A stretch of 64,000 bases of DNA, taken from Thermoanaerobaculia bacterium (GTDB lineage Bacteria; Acidobacteriota; Thermoanaerobaculia; Multivoradales; Multivoraceae). Positions 1 to 10,005 of this stretch are shown here, piece after piece. Position 1 is the first letter of the stretch, and every line of letters begins with the position of its first letter. The DNA lies in contig OY761158.1 of NCBI GenBank assembly GCA_963664405.1, positions 5,408,001-5,472,000 on the forward strand, read 5' to 3'. The notes beneath the pieces were generated by a model. The model was not told the origin of the DNA and did not search any database. It saw only the letters and a list, made by a program, of their open reading frames with translations. Position numbers and translations under genes: made by a program.

Positions 1-624
1 AGCTATCTGATCCCGAATGTCAATCAATGCGCCGAGTGCCACGGCAGGGTCGAGCCGATGACCTCTAAGAGCGTCCTCGAGCCCATAGGCGCGCAGGCCA
101 AGCATCTCCACGCCGAGCCGGATCCCGAAGATGGTTTTGAAAGTGAGGTCGCACGCCTAGCGAGCCTCGGCCTTCTGGTCGGCGTGCCGGACGATCTCGC
201 GACGGTTCCTGCCCTTCCATCCTGGCAGGATCCGACGGCGGGTCTGAACGAGCGTGCTCGGGCCTATCTCGACATCAACTGCGCTCACTGCCATCTAGCC
301 GACGGGTCGGCCAGCTCGTCTGGCCTGCTGCTTGCCTTCGAGGAGCAGCAGCCTTGGCGCTACGGAGTCTGCAAACCGCCGATCCGCGGTGCCGAAGCCA
401 GCCCGGTGACGATTCTTCCGGGGGAGCCGGAGAGCTCGGATCTCTTCGTCCGGGTGAGGACGACGAGCGACAAAGACCTGATGCCGAGAATCGCACGGAC
501 TGTGGTCCACGAAAAAGGGGCCGAGCTCCTCTCAGAATGGATTCAGTGGCTTGGCACCGACGAGGCGGTGACCGAGCTCGGGATTGGCGATCCAAGTTGT
601 GGCATCGCCGGGCTGGGTGGTTAG
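1..624 (+). CDS. Diheme c-type cytochrome, SO2930-like (5'-partial)
   Basis: Frame 1 is open from base 1 (SYLIPNVNQCAECHG...). Two CxxCH motifs (CAECH, CAHCH) and RARAYLDINCAHCH...CKPP...PG.PE.S...MP motifs typical of the family. Confidence 0.7.
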   Translation, partial: SYLIPNVNQCAECHGRVEPMTSKSVLEPIGAQAKHLHAEPDPEDGFESEVARLASLGLLVGVPDDLATVPALPSWQDPTAGLNERARAYLDINCAHCHLADGSASSSGLLLAFEEQQPWRYGVCKPPIRGAEASPVTILPGEPESSDLFVRVRTTSDKDLMPRIARTVVHEKGAELLSEWIQWLGTDEAVTELGIGDPSCGIAGLGG

Positions 625-636
625 GAGGAGTGCTCA

Positions 637-1530
637 ATGAATTCGAGCCCTTGGAGCGGCCCTGAAGCCGTCAGACAACTACTCGAGCTCCTCGAAATGG
701 AGCGCATCGAGGTCAACCTCTTCCGCGCGCAAAACGGCCCTGGACGGCACGTTTTCGGTGGGCAGGTGCTTGGACAGGCCATCGTTGCGGCCTCGCGTAC
801 GGTGAAGGACCGGGCGCTCCATTCCATTCACGGTTACTTTCTTCGTCCCGGCGACAGTGAGATTCCGATTCTCTTCGATGTCGATCGCATTCGCGATGGG
901 CGAAGCTTCACCACTCGACGCGTGGTGGGGATCCAGCACGGAGAGGCGATCTTCAACATGTCGTCGTCGTTTCAGAAGATCGAGGAAGGGCTCGAGCACA
1001 CAACCGACATGCCCGACGTCCCCGGGCCCGACGGGCTGAGGCCGGACGCCGAGTATTACCGGGAGTGGGTGAAGAAAGAGCCCAAGGCCCGGAGGTTTTC
1101 ATGGCGCTATGAGGCGATCGACAGCCGCCAGATCGAGGGTGTTCAGAAGAGGCCCCGCCAGGCGGAAGAGGCGAAGGAGCCGCGAAGGCACACCTGGATG
1201 AAAACCACGGCCGCGCTGCCCGACGATCCGGTGGTGCATCGAGCCTTCCTCGCTTACATGTCTGATATGGATTTCCTCTCGACCTCGATGATGCCGCATG
1301 GTCCGGCCCTTTCCTCGATGCGCCTGCAGGCCGCCAGTCTCGATCACGCGATCTGGTTCCATCGCGAGTTTCGAGTCGACGACTGGCTGCTCTTCGCGAA
1401 GGAGAGCCCGAGGGCTGCAGGCGCGAGGGGTTTTGTGCGCGGCTGCTTCTTCACCCCCGAAGGGGAGCTTGTCGCATCGGCTGCCCAGGAGTGTCTGATG
1501 CGGCCGCGAGAGCTTAGCGAGATCTCGTAG
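637..1530 (+). CDS. tesB: Acyl-CoA thioesterase II
   Basis: VFGGQVLGQA, HSIHGYFLRPG, RDGRSFTTRRV, ASLDHAIWFH and SAAQE motifs. SD AGGAGG upstream. Confidence 0.92.
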   Translation: MNSSPWSGPEAVRQLLELLEMERIEVNLFRAQNGPGRHVFGGQVLGQAIVAASRTVKDRALHSIHGYFLRPGDSEIPILFDVDRIRDGRSFTTRRVVGIQHGEAIFNMSSSFQKIEEGLEHTTDMPDVPGPDGLRPDAEYYREWVKKEPKARRFSWRYEAIDSRQIEGVQKRPRQAEEAKEPRRHTWMKTTAALPDDPVVHRAFLAYMSDMDFLSTSMMPHGPALSSMRLQAASLDHAIWFHREFRVDDWLLFAKESPRAAGARGFVRGCFFTPEGELVASAAQECLMRPRELSEIS

Positions 1531-1587
1531 CCCCGCCGGCAGGTTCGCTCCGAGAAAGCTCGACCTCATGAATGCTATCGGAGATAC

Positions 1588-3036
1588 CTAGAGATAAGGG
1601 GCGAAGAGTCGGGCGACGCCGTCGCGGAGTCGAAACACCAAGGGGCGCCCGGCTAGCTCGTCGGTCGAAAGTCTTCGGCTTGCCGCGATCTCGCGGTCGA
1701 CATGTCGATCCAGAGACTCCGCCAGATCGCGGTCGTAGCACTCGATATTGAGCTCGAAGTTGAGGCGTAGAGATCGCGGATCCCAGTTCGCGCTGCCGAC
1801 GAAAGACCACTCGCTGTCGACGATCATCAGCTTGCTATGGTCGAAAGGGGGAGGCGAGAGCCAGACCCTGCATCCGCCCGCGAGTACCTGCCAGAGCTGT
1901 GCCGTCGATGCCCACTGGACGAAGCGAAGGTTTCCCTTCTCGGGGACAACGATGTCGATCTCGACACCACGGAGTGCGGCGACGCGCAGAGCCGCGATCA
2001 GGACTTGATTGGGAAGAAAGTAGGGAGTAACGATGCGAGCTCTCTTACGGGCGACGGCGAGAGCCCCGAGGAGGGTGGTCGAAAAAGCCTCGAAGTCCTC
2101 GTCGGGTCCGTCGGAGACTACCCGCGCTTCGACCTCGCCGATCTTCTCGGCCCCCAACGCCCATGCCGGGCCCGAGAGCTCTTCGCCGGTCGTGAAGCTC
2201 CAATCGAGAGCCGCGGCGGCGAAGAGTTGGTGAACCACTGGGCCGTCGAAACGAAAGTGGATGTCGCGGACGGGGTGTCGAGGCGCGAGATCGAGACAGC
2301 ACCCTTCGCGAATGTTGAGCCCACCGGTGAATCCGGTGCGACCGTCGACGACGAGGATTTTGCGGTGGTTGCGTAGGTTGAAGTACGGACCGGGAATAGG
2401 GGAGCGTGGGCGCAGAAACTCGGCGGCTCGGAGGCCTCGCTTCCGCAACAGCCCGGTCATTCGAGGCCGGCTGTAACGCGCTCCGACACCATCGATCAGA
2501 ATCCGGACTTCGACGCCGCGCTCGGCCGCCTCGCCCAGGGCTTGCAGAAAGAGCTCGCCTGCTTTGTCGGCATCGAAGATGTAGGTGCACAGAATCACCG
2601 AGCGTCGAGCCTCGCCGATGGCAGCGAGCATCGCTGGATAAGCCTCGTCGCCATTGACCAGAGGAGTGACTCTGTTGCCACTCTCCAGAGGGGTGTTGGT
2701 GGCCCGCGAGACAAGCTCCGCGAGCGGTGTGAGGTTTCGCTCGTCGATGTCCGTGCCTTGTTCGTAGACCCGTGCCGCCTGGGCAGCCTCTACGGCGGGG
2801 CGCACCAGTCGCTCCGCGCGCCTACGGATACGGTTGATGCCGAAAATCCAATAGAGAATCGAGCCAAGCAGGGGAGTCAGCCAGATCAGACCCACCCAGC
2901 CGATGGCGGCACGAACGTCGCGCTTGTAGAGCACGACGTGACTCGAGGCGACAACGGCTGCCACGATGCCCAGGGCAGTGGCGGTGGCTAGCAGGTAGGG
3001 CCAGAACAGGCGCAGAGTGTCGACGAGCGTCTGCAA
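1588..3036 (-). CDS. cls: Cardiolipin synthase (PLD family)
   Basis: Two HKD motifs (NHRKILVVDG, DHSKLMIVD...GSANWD) and N-terminal TM helices. Start placed at TTG 3036; the longer ORF overlaps the upstream gene. Confidence 0.88.
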   Translation of the reverse strand: MQTLVDTLRLFWPYLLATATALGIVAAVVASSHVVLYKRDVRAAIGWVGLIWLTPLLGSILYWIFGINRIRRRAERLVRPAVEAAQAARVYEQGTDIDERNLTPLAELVSRATNTPLESGNRVTPLVNGDEAYPAMLAAIGEARRSVILCTYIFDADKAGELFLQALGEAAERGVEVRILIDGVGARYSRPRMTGLLRKRGLRAAEFLRPRSPIPGPYFNLRNHRKILVVDGRTGFTGGLNIREGCCLDLAPRHPVRDIHFRFDGPVVHQLFAAAALDWSFTTGEELSGPAWALGAEKIGEVEARVVSDGPDEDFEAFSTTLLGALAVARKRARIVTPYFLPNQVLIAALRVAALRGVEIDIVVPEKGNLRFVQWASTAQLWQVLAGGCRVWLSPPPFDHSKLMIVDSEWSFVGSANWDPRSLRLNFELNIECYDRDLAESLDRHVDREIAASRRLSTDELAGRPLVFRLRDGVARLFAPYL

Positions 3037-3047
3037 GAGAGCGCTGC

Positions 3048-3416
3048 TCAGATCTCGATCTCGATCCAGGCGCGCTTGCGAATGCGGCCGGCCAGGGTCG
3101 AAAGCACATCCGCAGTCCACATCAGGATGTGGTACTTGCGCCGAATCGCGCGATGCGCCTCCTTGATCGCCTCGGTGTCGGAAAGGATCTTCGCGGTCGC
3201 ATCGATCCATACCCCGTGTACAACACCGCGTCCGTTACAGGCGGCGACTCTCGCCTTGGAGGAGTTGCGCAGGCGCTTCATCTTGCCGGAGTCGGCAAGG
3301 GTGAAGACGTAGTACTTGTCACCCTTCTCGACGAACCAGACCGGTGTGGCCACAACCTTGCCGGTCTTGCGAAAGGTGGCCAGGCTCAGATACTTCTCGC
3401 CCCGGAGCGGGTCCAT
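3048..3416 (-). CDS. PPOX-class F420-dependent oxidoreductase
   Basis: YLSLATFRKTG..VATPVWF and SGKMKRLRN...V.VAACNGRG signatures. Confidence 0.85.
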   Translation of the reverse strand: MDPLRGEKYLSLATFRKTGKVVATPVWFVEKGDKYYVFTLADSGKMKRLRNSSKARVAACNGRGVVHGVWIDATAKILSDTEAIKEAHRAIRRKYHILMWTADVLSTLAGRIRKRAWIEIEI

Positions 3417-3484
3417 GGCTCAATTCTAACTCTGTCGCCCGCCTCCCCTTCCGGTACCATCTCGGCGGAGGTCGGCGATCGAGT

Positions 3485-4384
3485 ATGGAGGAGTTTCAAC
3501 GGGTCGTGGGTCTGGATGTCGGCGGCACCAACATCAAGGCGATTGTGGTGGACAGTTCCGGCGCCGAGCTCGACCGTTCGACAGTCGCGACACCTCGACA
3601 GAGAAGCGCCCTGCTGAATAGTGTGCGAGAGCTTCTCAGTGAGCTTGCCGGGGCCCCTTCAACGCCCCTTGTAGGTCTTTCGTGCCCGGGCCTGGCGGCG
3701 CCTGACAGCCGTTCGATTGCGTGGATGCAGGGCCGCATGGAGATCCTGCAGGGGCTCGACTGGACTGAGGCCTTGGGCCGGGAGCGGGCTGTCTGGGTGC
3801 TCAACGACGCTCACGCTGCGACCTTGGGAGAGGCGTGGCTGGGGGCGGCAAAGAATCGTCAGAACGTCGTTCTTCTCACTCTGGGCACCGGCATCGGTGG
3901 CGGAGTGATCGTAGACGGACGACTGCTGCAAGGACAGATCGGCCGCGCCGGACATCTGGGTCATCTCTGCCTCGACGTCGACGGCCTACCCGATATCTGC
4001 CGCACTCCCGGTAGCTTGGAGGACGCGGTCGGGGAGTGCACCCTCGAGGCTCGAGCCCGGGGTCGATTCCGGGACACTCAGGCGCTGGTGGAAGCGGTGC
4101 GCGAGGGAGACGAAGAGGCCAACGAGGTTTGGCGCCGGGTCGTTCGCGCCCTCGCGTGCGGCCTGGCCTCTCTGATCAACGTGGTCGACCCCGAGGTCGT
4201 CGTTCTTGGTGGCGGCATAGCCCAGGCTGGGGGCACTCTCTTCGAGCCGCTGGGGCAGCAGATGGACGAGGTGGAGTGGAGGCCGCTGGGCGCAGGGGTG
4301 CCGATCGTGCCCGCCGCTCTCGGTGACTTCGCCGGCGCTTTCGGGGCGGCGCGGTATGCCATGGACCGCGAAGTCCCCATCTGA
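3485..4384 (+). CDS. ROK family sugar kinase (glucokinase-like)
   Basis: GLDVGGTNIK, NDAHAATLGE, LTLGTGIGGG and GHLGH motifs. Confidence 0.88.
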   Translation: MEEFQRVVGLDVGGTNIKAIVVDSSGAELDRSTVATPRQRSALLNSVRELLSELAGAPSTPLVGLSCPGLAAPDSRSIAWMQGRMEILQGLDWTEALGRERAVWVLNDAHAATLGEAWLGAAKNRQNVVLLTLGTGIGGGVIVDGRLLQGQIGRAGHLGHLCLDVDGLPDICRTPGSLEDAVGECTLEARARGRFRDTQALVEAVREGDEEANEVWRRVVRALACGLASLINVVDPEVVVLGGGIAQAGGTLFEPLGQQMDEVEWRPLGAGVPIVPAALGDFAGAFGAARYAMDREVPI

Positions 4385-4419
4385 ACTGGAGGAGACGGCG
4401 GCGATCGTGGTTGGCCGAG

Positions 4420-4950
4420 CTACCCTGTCCGGTCCAAGGGCTGAAGCTCGATATCCACCATCAAGTCTGCGCCGATGGCTTCGAGGCCGGACTGGACTTC
4501 GGCAGGGGAGCCTCCATTGGGTAGGCGCAGCAGCGCGCGGGCGCGGAAGAGGATCTCTCCGGTCATCGGCGCGCTCTCACGCCCGCTCTCGAGCTCTTCG
4601 ACGTTGACTCCATGGCCGGCGAGGGCCTTCGAGATCTCACGCACGATACCCGGCCTGTCCTGGCCGACGAGCTCCAGGGTGAAGAGCTCTCCCTCGGTGG
4701 AGTCTTTCGGAGCGGCCTCTTTGACGACCAGGTCGAGGCCCTGTTCTCCAAGAGAAGCGAGGGCGGACTCGAGGTCGCCGGCACGTGACTCATCGACTTC
4801 GACATGCAGCAGACCGGCAAACTCACCGGCCAGGCTGGCCATGCGGCTCTCCAGCCAGTTGCCTTCGTGCTCGGCCACAACGGCTGCGATGGCTTCGACG
4901 AGGCCGGGGCGATCGGGACCCAATAGGGTGAGGACCAGGGATTTGCGCAT
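4420..4950 (-). CDS. GcvR-like tandem ACT-domain protein
   Basis: Two ACT repeats (GPDRPGLV, GQDRPGIV) and NWLESRMA.LAGEFA. Confidence 0.85.
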   Translation of the reverse strand: MRKSLVLTLLGPDRPGLVEAIAAVVAEHEGNWLESRMASLAGEFAGLLHVEVDESRAGDLESALASLGEQGLDLVVKEAAPKDSTEGELFTLELVGQDRPGIVREISKALAGHGVNVEELESGRESAPMTGEILFRARALLRLPNGGSPAEVQSGLEAIGADLMVDIELQPLDRTG

Positions 4951-5039
4951 CGGAGAGAGGCATTCTAACCGCCAGCGCCCTGACGGGTTGTTTGCATATA
5001 CAATCCTCGGCCTAACTTCGTTAAAGGAGAAGGCGCCTC

Positions 5040-5531
5040 ATGGCAGCAGACCGATTCCCTGTAGAAGCGAGCCACATCATGATGTTTGCGCGTGCCGTCA
5101 ACGACGCGAACCCGATTTACCACGACGAGGAATACGCGCAGACGACCGAGGTCGGGAAGGTCATTGCACCTCCGACCTTCGCCCAGTCCTCGGCCCAGTT
5201 CGACCCCGAGTACTTCTTGCGGCCCAAGGTCGACGAGCCCTGGTTCGGCTCAGGTAGAGAGGCCACGGGGCGAGCGCCTGGAGAAGGGGGCGGCGGAGGG
5301 CCGGCCGGCCTTCACGCCGAGCAAGAGTTCACCTACCACCGCCACTTGAGCCCCGGCGATGTGCTCACGGCCGAAATGAAGCCGGGCAAAGAGTGGGAAA
5401 AACAGGGCCGCCGAGGCGGTTCGTTGAAGTTTCGTGAAGGCATCACTGAGTACCGGGATCAGAACGGCGAGCTCGTCATCACCGCCCGCTCCGTGGGTGT
5501 GCAGCCGTCGAAAGTTGTCGAGCAGGATTGA
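5040..5531 (+). CDS. MaoC-like hotdog dehydratase (N-terminal type)
   Basis: FARAVND.NPIY, APPTF and LHAEQEFTYHR motifs. Confidence 0.85.
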   Translation: MAADRFPVEASHIMMFARAVNDANPIYHDEEYAQTTEVGKVIAPPTFAQSSAQFDPEYFLRPKVDEPWFGSGREATGRAPGEGGGGGPAGLHAEQEFTYHRHLSPGDVLTAEMKPGKEWEKQGRRGGSLKFREGITEYRDQNGELVITARSVGVQPSKVVEQD

Positions 5532-5545
5532 GGAGGGACAGGAAT

Positions 5546-5968
5546 ATGGCACTCAAAGCAAGTGACCTGAGCGTTGGTGACGAGCATCAAGAAGTCGTTG
5601 TCGACAACCTCAGCCGGACCCAGATCGTGATGTACGCAGGCGCTTCCGGCGACTACAACCCGCTGCACACTGACGAAGTCTTCACCACCGAGGTCGCGAA
5701 GTATCCCTCGGTGTTCGCTCACGGAATGTTGTCGATGGGCCTGACTGGCCGCATGCTCACCAATTGGGTGGGAGATGGGCGCCTGGCCAAGTACGGCGTC
5801 CGTTTCGTGGCGCAGGTATGGCCCGGAGATACTCTCACCGCCAAGGCGACCGTAGAGGCGCTGCGGGAGGAGAATGGGGAGCAGTTCGTTGATCTCACCC
5901 TTTCGACGGTCAATCAGGAAGGTCGCGAAGTGGTGAAAGGCCAGGCCATCGCCAGAGTCGACCCCTGA
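5546..5968 (+). CDS. MaoC family dehydratase
   Basis: YAGASGDYNPLHTD catalytic motif and AHGMLSMG. Confidence 0.88.
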   Translation: MALKASDLSVGDEHQEVVVDNLSRTQIVMYAGASGDYNPLHTDEVFTTEVAKYPSVFAHGMLSMGLTGRMLTNWVGDGRLAKYGVRFVAQVWPGDTLTAKATVEALREENGEQFVDLTLSTVNQEGREVVKGQAIARVDP

Positions 5969-5984
5969 TTGGCGATCTCAGCAG

Positions 5985-6476
5985 ATGGCAGGGTTCGACC
6001 CAAAGAAGGCAACGCCGCTACGAAAGGGCAACGCGTTCGAAGACTTCCGGGAGGGAGGAGTCTTCGAGCACCACTGGGGCCGCACCTTCAGTGAAGGCGA
6101 TAACTCTCTCTTCACCACCACTACGCTGTCTTTCAACCCGCTCTATACCAACGCCGAGTATGCACGCTCACTCGGCCACGACAATGTTGTGGTCAACCCG
6201 ATGCTGGTGCTTTCGACCGTGGTGGGGCTCAGCGTCGAGGATCTGAGCGAAGGGGGCGGCCCCTTCCTTGGCGTCGACGAGCTCACTTTTCACGCCCCGG
6301 TCTATCCCGGGGATACGGTGACGGCGCGGAGCACCGTCGTCGGCATGCGCGAGTCGAAGAGCCGTCCCAGCTTCGGCATCGTCACCTGGCACACCGAGGG
6401 TTGCAATCAGCGGGGCGAGCTGGTGATTGACTACAAGAGAACGAACCTGGTGGCCAGACGAAGAGCGCGAGCCTGA
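5985..6476 (+). CDS. MaoC family dehydratase
   Basis: FEDF...H.WGRT, NPLY.N.EYA and PVYPGDT motifs. Confidence 0.85.
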   Translation: MAGFDPKKATPLRKGNAFEDFREGGVFEHHWGRTFSEGDNSLFTTTTLSFNPLYTNAEYARSLGHDNVVVNPMLVLSTVVGLSVEDLSEGGGPFLGVDELTFHAPVYPGDTVTARSTVVGMRESKSRPSFGIVTWHTEGCNQRGELVIDYKRTNLVARRRARA

Positions 6477-6482
6477 GATGGG

Positions 6483-6986
6483 GTGCCGATGGAGAGCGCG
6501 ATGACCGTGGATTTCGACTCCCTGACCGGGTGCGGAAACTACTTCGAAGACTTTGAAGTAGGCGCCTCTTTCAGGCACGTGCGGGGCAAGACGGTGGGAG
6601 AGTTCGAGAACCAGGTGCTCACTCATCTGGTGATGAACACCGCCCACGCTCACTTCAACGAGGATGCGATGAAGGACTCGCCCTGGGGACAGCGACTGGT
6701 CTTCGGCTTGGTGACCGGATCGATCATCATCGGTTTGGCGACGCAGGATGTGGCCGAGAACGCGCTCGCGGAGCTGGGAATGGACGAGCTCCGCTTCACA
6801 GCCCCTGTCTTTCACGGCGACACGCTCTACGCCTATACCGAGGTTCTCGAGAAATACGACAGCGACCGGGACGACGCCGGCATCGTGGTTTTCCGCCATC
6901 ATGGCTACAAGCAGGATGAGACCAAGGTCTTCGAAGGCAAGCGTCGGGTGCTGCTGAAGAGGAAGAGCTCTCGGCCAAGCACGTGA
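6483..6986 (+). CDS. MaoC family dehydratase
   Basis: YFEDFEVG..F.H.RGKT, MNTAHAHFN and PVFHGDTLYA motifs. Confidence 0.85.
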   Translation: MPMESAMTVDFDSLTGCGNYFEDFEVGASFRHVRGKTVGEFENQVLTHLVMNTAHAHFNEDAMKDSPWGQRLVFGLVTGSIIIGLATQDVAENALAELGMDELRFTAPVFHGDTLYAYTEVLEKYDSDRDDAGIVVFRHHGYKQDETKVFEGKRRVLLKRKSSRPST

Positions 6987-8188
6987 GCGGCGCCATCTCC
7001 GGCCCCCTCGAGGGCCTGCGAATCATCGACCTCACCCAGATGCTGGCGGGCCCCTATTGCACGATGCTGCTCGCCGATCTCGGGGCAGACGTGGTCAAAG
7101 TAGAACCGCCGGGTGGAGACATGACCCGCTTCTCCGGCCCCTTCCTCGACGACGACGAGGAGCATGCCTACGGCGGCTATTTCGGCAGCATCAACCGCAA
7201 TAAGCGCTCCATTGTTGTCGACCTCAAGAGCGACCAGGGGAAGGACACGCTGCGCCAGCTGGTTGCCTGCTCGCCAGTGCTCGTCGAGAATTATCGATCG
7301 GGAGTCATGGACAGGCTCGGTCTGTCATGGGAGTCGCTGCACCAGGCGAATCCGAGCCTCGTTTACGCCGCCGTACGCGGCTTCGGAGATCCGCGCACCG
7401 GCGAGAGCCCTTATGTAGACTGGCCTGCCTTCGATGTCGTGGCGCAGGCGATGGGGGGCCTCATGGGCATCACCGGTACCGAGGACGGTACGCCGCTGAA
7501 GGCCGGTCCCGGTGTCGGCGACATCTATCCGGCAGCGCTCGCCGCGCTCGGAATCGTATCCGCCGTACGCCATGCCGAGCGTACTGGTGAGGGCCAGTTC
7601 GTCGATGTCGGGATGGTCGACGCCGTGCTGTCGCTGTGCGAAAGAATCGTCTACGAATACTCCTACCAGGGTAGGGTGGGACGCCCGGAAGGGAATGCTC
7701 ATCCCTTTCTTTGTCCTTTCGAGAACTTCCCCACTTCCGACGACGGTTGGGTGACGATCGCAGCGCCCCGGGACACTCACTGGAAGATCCTCACCGAGAT
7801 CATGGAATGTCCCGAGCTCGGTGACGATGAGCGCTTCAGCACCAATCGGCGCCGAGTGAAGAATGCGGTCGAGACCCGGCGCCTGGTTTGTGACTGGACC
7901 TCGCAGCACACCACTCGCGAGATCGTCGCGGCGCTTGGCGGCAAAGTTCCGGCCGGCCCGGTCCAGACCGTTCGCGATATCTTCGAAGACGGTCACGCGC
8001 ACAGCCGCGAGATGTTGGTGGAGGTCGAGCAGGCGGGGAGCACCCGCAGCGTGACCTACGCCGGAGTGCCGATCAAATTCACCGCCACTCCCGGAGGCAT
8101 CCGTCGACGTGCGCCTCGACTGGGAGAGCACAGCGAAGAGATTCTCGAAGAGATGAACATTCAGATCCCACAAGGAGGTGACTCTTGA
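6983..8188 (+). CDS. Family III CoA-transferase (CaiB/BaiF)
   Basis: PLEGLRIIDLTQMLAGP, LADLGADVVKVEPP.GD and NRNKRSI motifs. Confidence 0.92.
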   Translation: MSGAISGPLEGLRIIDLTQMLAGPYCTMLLADLGADVVKVEPPGGDMTRFSGPFLDDDEEHAYGGYFGSINRNKRSIVVDLKSDQGKDTLRQLVACSPVLVENYRSGVMDRLGLSWESLHQANPSLVYAAVRGFGDPRTGESPYVDWPAFDVVAQAMGGLMGITGTEDGTPLKAGPGVGDIYPAALAALGIVSAVRHAERTGEGQFVDVGMVDAVLSLCERIVYEYSYQGRVGRPEGNAHPFLCPFENFPTSDDGWVTIAAPRDTHWKILTEIMECPELGDDERFSTNRRRVKNAVETRRLVCDWTSQHTTREIVAALGGKVPAGPVQTVRDIFEDGHAHSREMLVEVEQAGSTRSVTYAGVPIKFTATPGGIRRRAPRLGEHSEEILEEMNIQIPQGGDS

Positions 8189-9090
8189 CAATACGCCTGC
8201 GACGTTCCGAGCTGTCGACCCCCGGCACTAGCGAGAAGATGATGACCAAGGCCGCGGGGAGCGACGCAGACCTGGTGTTCCTAGACCTAGAAGACTCGGT
8301 CGCGCCGCAGGAGAAAGAGCGAGCGCGAAAGTTGGTGGTCGAGGCCCTCAACGGGCTCGATTGGGGCAAGAAAACGGTCGCGGTGCGGGTGAACGACGCT
8401 GAGACGCCTTGGGCTTTCGAGGATGTCATCGAGGTCGTCGAGGGTGCGGGTGAGCGAATTCAGTTGCTGATCCTGCCCAAGGTCAAAGGACCTCGAGACA
8501 TATGGTTCTTCGAGACTCTGCTGGATCAGCTCGAGAAGAAGCTGCGCCTCCCTCACCGCATCGGCCTCGAGGCGTTGGTGGAAGAGGTCGAGGCTCTGTC
8601 CTGCGTCGAGGAGCTCGCTCGCTCGTCGCCCCGCCTCGAGGCGCTCATTTTGGGCGTTGGCGATCTGTCGGCCAGCCAGGGTATGAAACTAGGCGGGATC
8701 GGTCTGAGCGACGAGAGATATCCGGGAGACATCTGGCATTTCGCTCGTGCGCGCATGGTAGTGGCGGCTCGGGCGGCTGGGATCGATGCGATCGATGGCC
8801 CTTATGCCAATTTCCAGAACCCTAAGGGCTTCCTTCGCGAAGCGGGTCGTGCGGCCTCGCTGGGCTTTGTCGGCAAGTGGGCGATTCACCCGAGTCAGAT
8901 AGATCTTGCCAACCAGGCCTTCGCTCCAACTGAGGAGGAGATCGCCCGAGCCCGGGAGATGATCGCCGAAGTGCGCAGAGCCGAAGAAGAGGGCCAGGGG
9001 GCGGCTGGCTCGGGCGGCGTGATGATCGACGCTGCTACCGCACGGATCTACCAGGTCATCGTCGATCGCGCCGACTTGATGGAGAAGTAG
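8185..9090 (+). CDS. CitE/HpcH-like CoA-ester lyase (malyl-/citramalyl-CoA lyase family)
   Basis: LDLEDSVAP..K..AR, AIDGPY and GKWAIHPSQI motifs. Confidence 0.88.
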   Translation: MTIRLRRSELSTPGTSEKMMTKAAGSDADLVFLDLEDSVAPQEKERARKLVVEALNGLDWGKKTVAVRVNDAETPWAFEDVIEVVEGAGERIQLLILPKVKGPRDIWFFETLLDQLEKKLRLPHRIGLEALVEEVEALSCVEELARSSPRLEALILGVGDLSASQGMKLGGIGLSDERYPGDIWHFARARMVVAARAAGIDAIDGPYANFQNPKGFLREAGRAASLGFVGKWAIHPSQIDLANQAFAPTEEEIARAREMIAEVRRAEEEGQGAAGSGGVMIDAATARIYQVIVDRADLMEK

Positions 9091-9137
9091 CTGGAAGCGA
9101 CGTCTGTGGAAAGAGGGTGGCGACCTTCTCGGTCGCT

Positions 9138-9473
9138 CTAGTTCAAGGTAGGGCTGTAGACCAGGAAGTTGACCAGCGCGAGGGTGTCGTCGGTGTTCCA
9201 GTCGGCAAATTCGACGGCTCCTGAACCCGTGGCGGCGTCATAGCGGACGAGACGAGCGGGCACCCGCTTGAAAGAGGTGTCGTCGTGGGTGCTGAAGCTC
9301 AGCATGAGCGGACTTCCCGGTCCCAGGTCGCTTGGCAGCATCAGCGCCATCCCGTCACAATTGATGTCGATTGCCGAGCCCGCCCAGCCAACTTGAATCG
9401 GCTCTTCGGCGAGCTCGATCTCGACTCTTACGAATGGTATCGGTAGCCGCTTAGATCGTCTTCTTCCTAACAT
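9138..9473 (-). CDS. PilZ-domain protein
   Basis: RxxxR (RRSKR) followed by a DINxDG variant of the D/NxSxxG motif; about 110 aa. Confidence 0.7.
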   Translation of the reverse strand: MLGRRRSKRLPIPFVRVEIELAEEPIQVGWAGSAIDINCDGMALMLPSDLGPGSPLMLSFSTHDDTSFKRVPARLVRYDAATGSGAVEFADWNTDDTLALVNFLVYSPTLN

Positions 9474-9536
9474 AAGTAGCGATTATATATGACTTTTTTG
9501 GACGTCGGGCGAAGTCGCGGCTGACCTCCTGGCTGC

Positions 9537-9878
9537 CTACTTTTGATAGGCGAGGAAGCGGAGCAGGGAGATCCGATCGTCGTTTCCCCACTCACCGAAG
9601 AGGATAGACGCGGTGCCCGCCGCTTGGTCGTAGCGAAGCAGGGTGCCGGATACGCGATGAAAGCTGCAGCTCTCGTCTAGGCTGAAGCTGAGGACGAAAG
9701 AGCTGCCGATCGCCACCTCCCGGGGCAGCACAAGAGAAATGCCGTCGCCGTTGATGTCGATGGCCGATCCCATCCATAGATCTCCGCGGTCGGCGGCTTC
9801 GAGCTCGATCGTCACCTCGACCTTCGGAATCGGGATGCGGCGGGATCGCCGCTCTATCTCGTAGTTGCCCTCCGCCAC
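9537..9878 (-). CDS. PilZ-domain protein (paralog of neighbour)
   Basis: ERRSRRIP...GSAIDINGDG; clearly similar to 9138-9473. Confidence 0.7.
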   Translation of the reverse strand: MAEGNYEIERRSRRIPIPKVEVTIELEAADRGDLWMGSAIDINGDGISLVLPREVAIGSSFVLSFSLDESCSFHRVSGTLLRYDQAAGTASILFGEWGNDDRISLLRFLAYQK

Positions 9879-10005
9879 TGTCCTCTAGTCGCTCTCTCGA
9901 GGGACGCTCCCGTCGCTCGTCAGACCCGTAGGGGCCAAGATCAAACGTTACCACGTGCGGGTGATAGCTTCGGAAGTGAAGGTCTAGTGCACTAGGATAA
10001 GAAGA

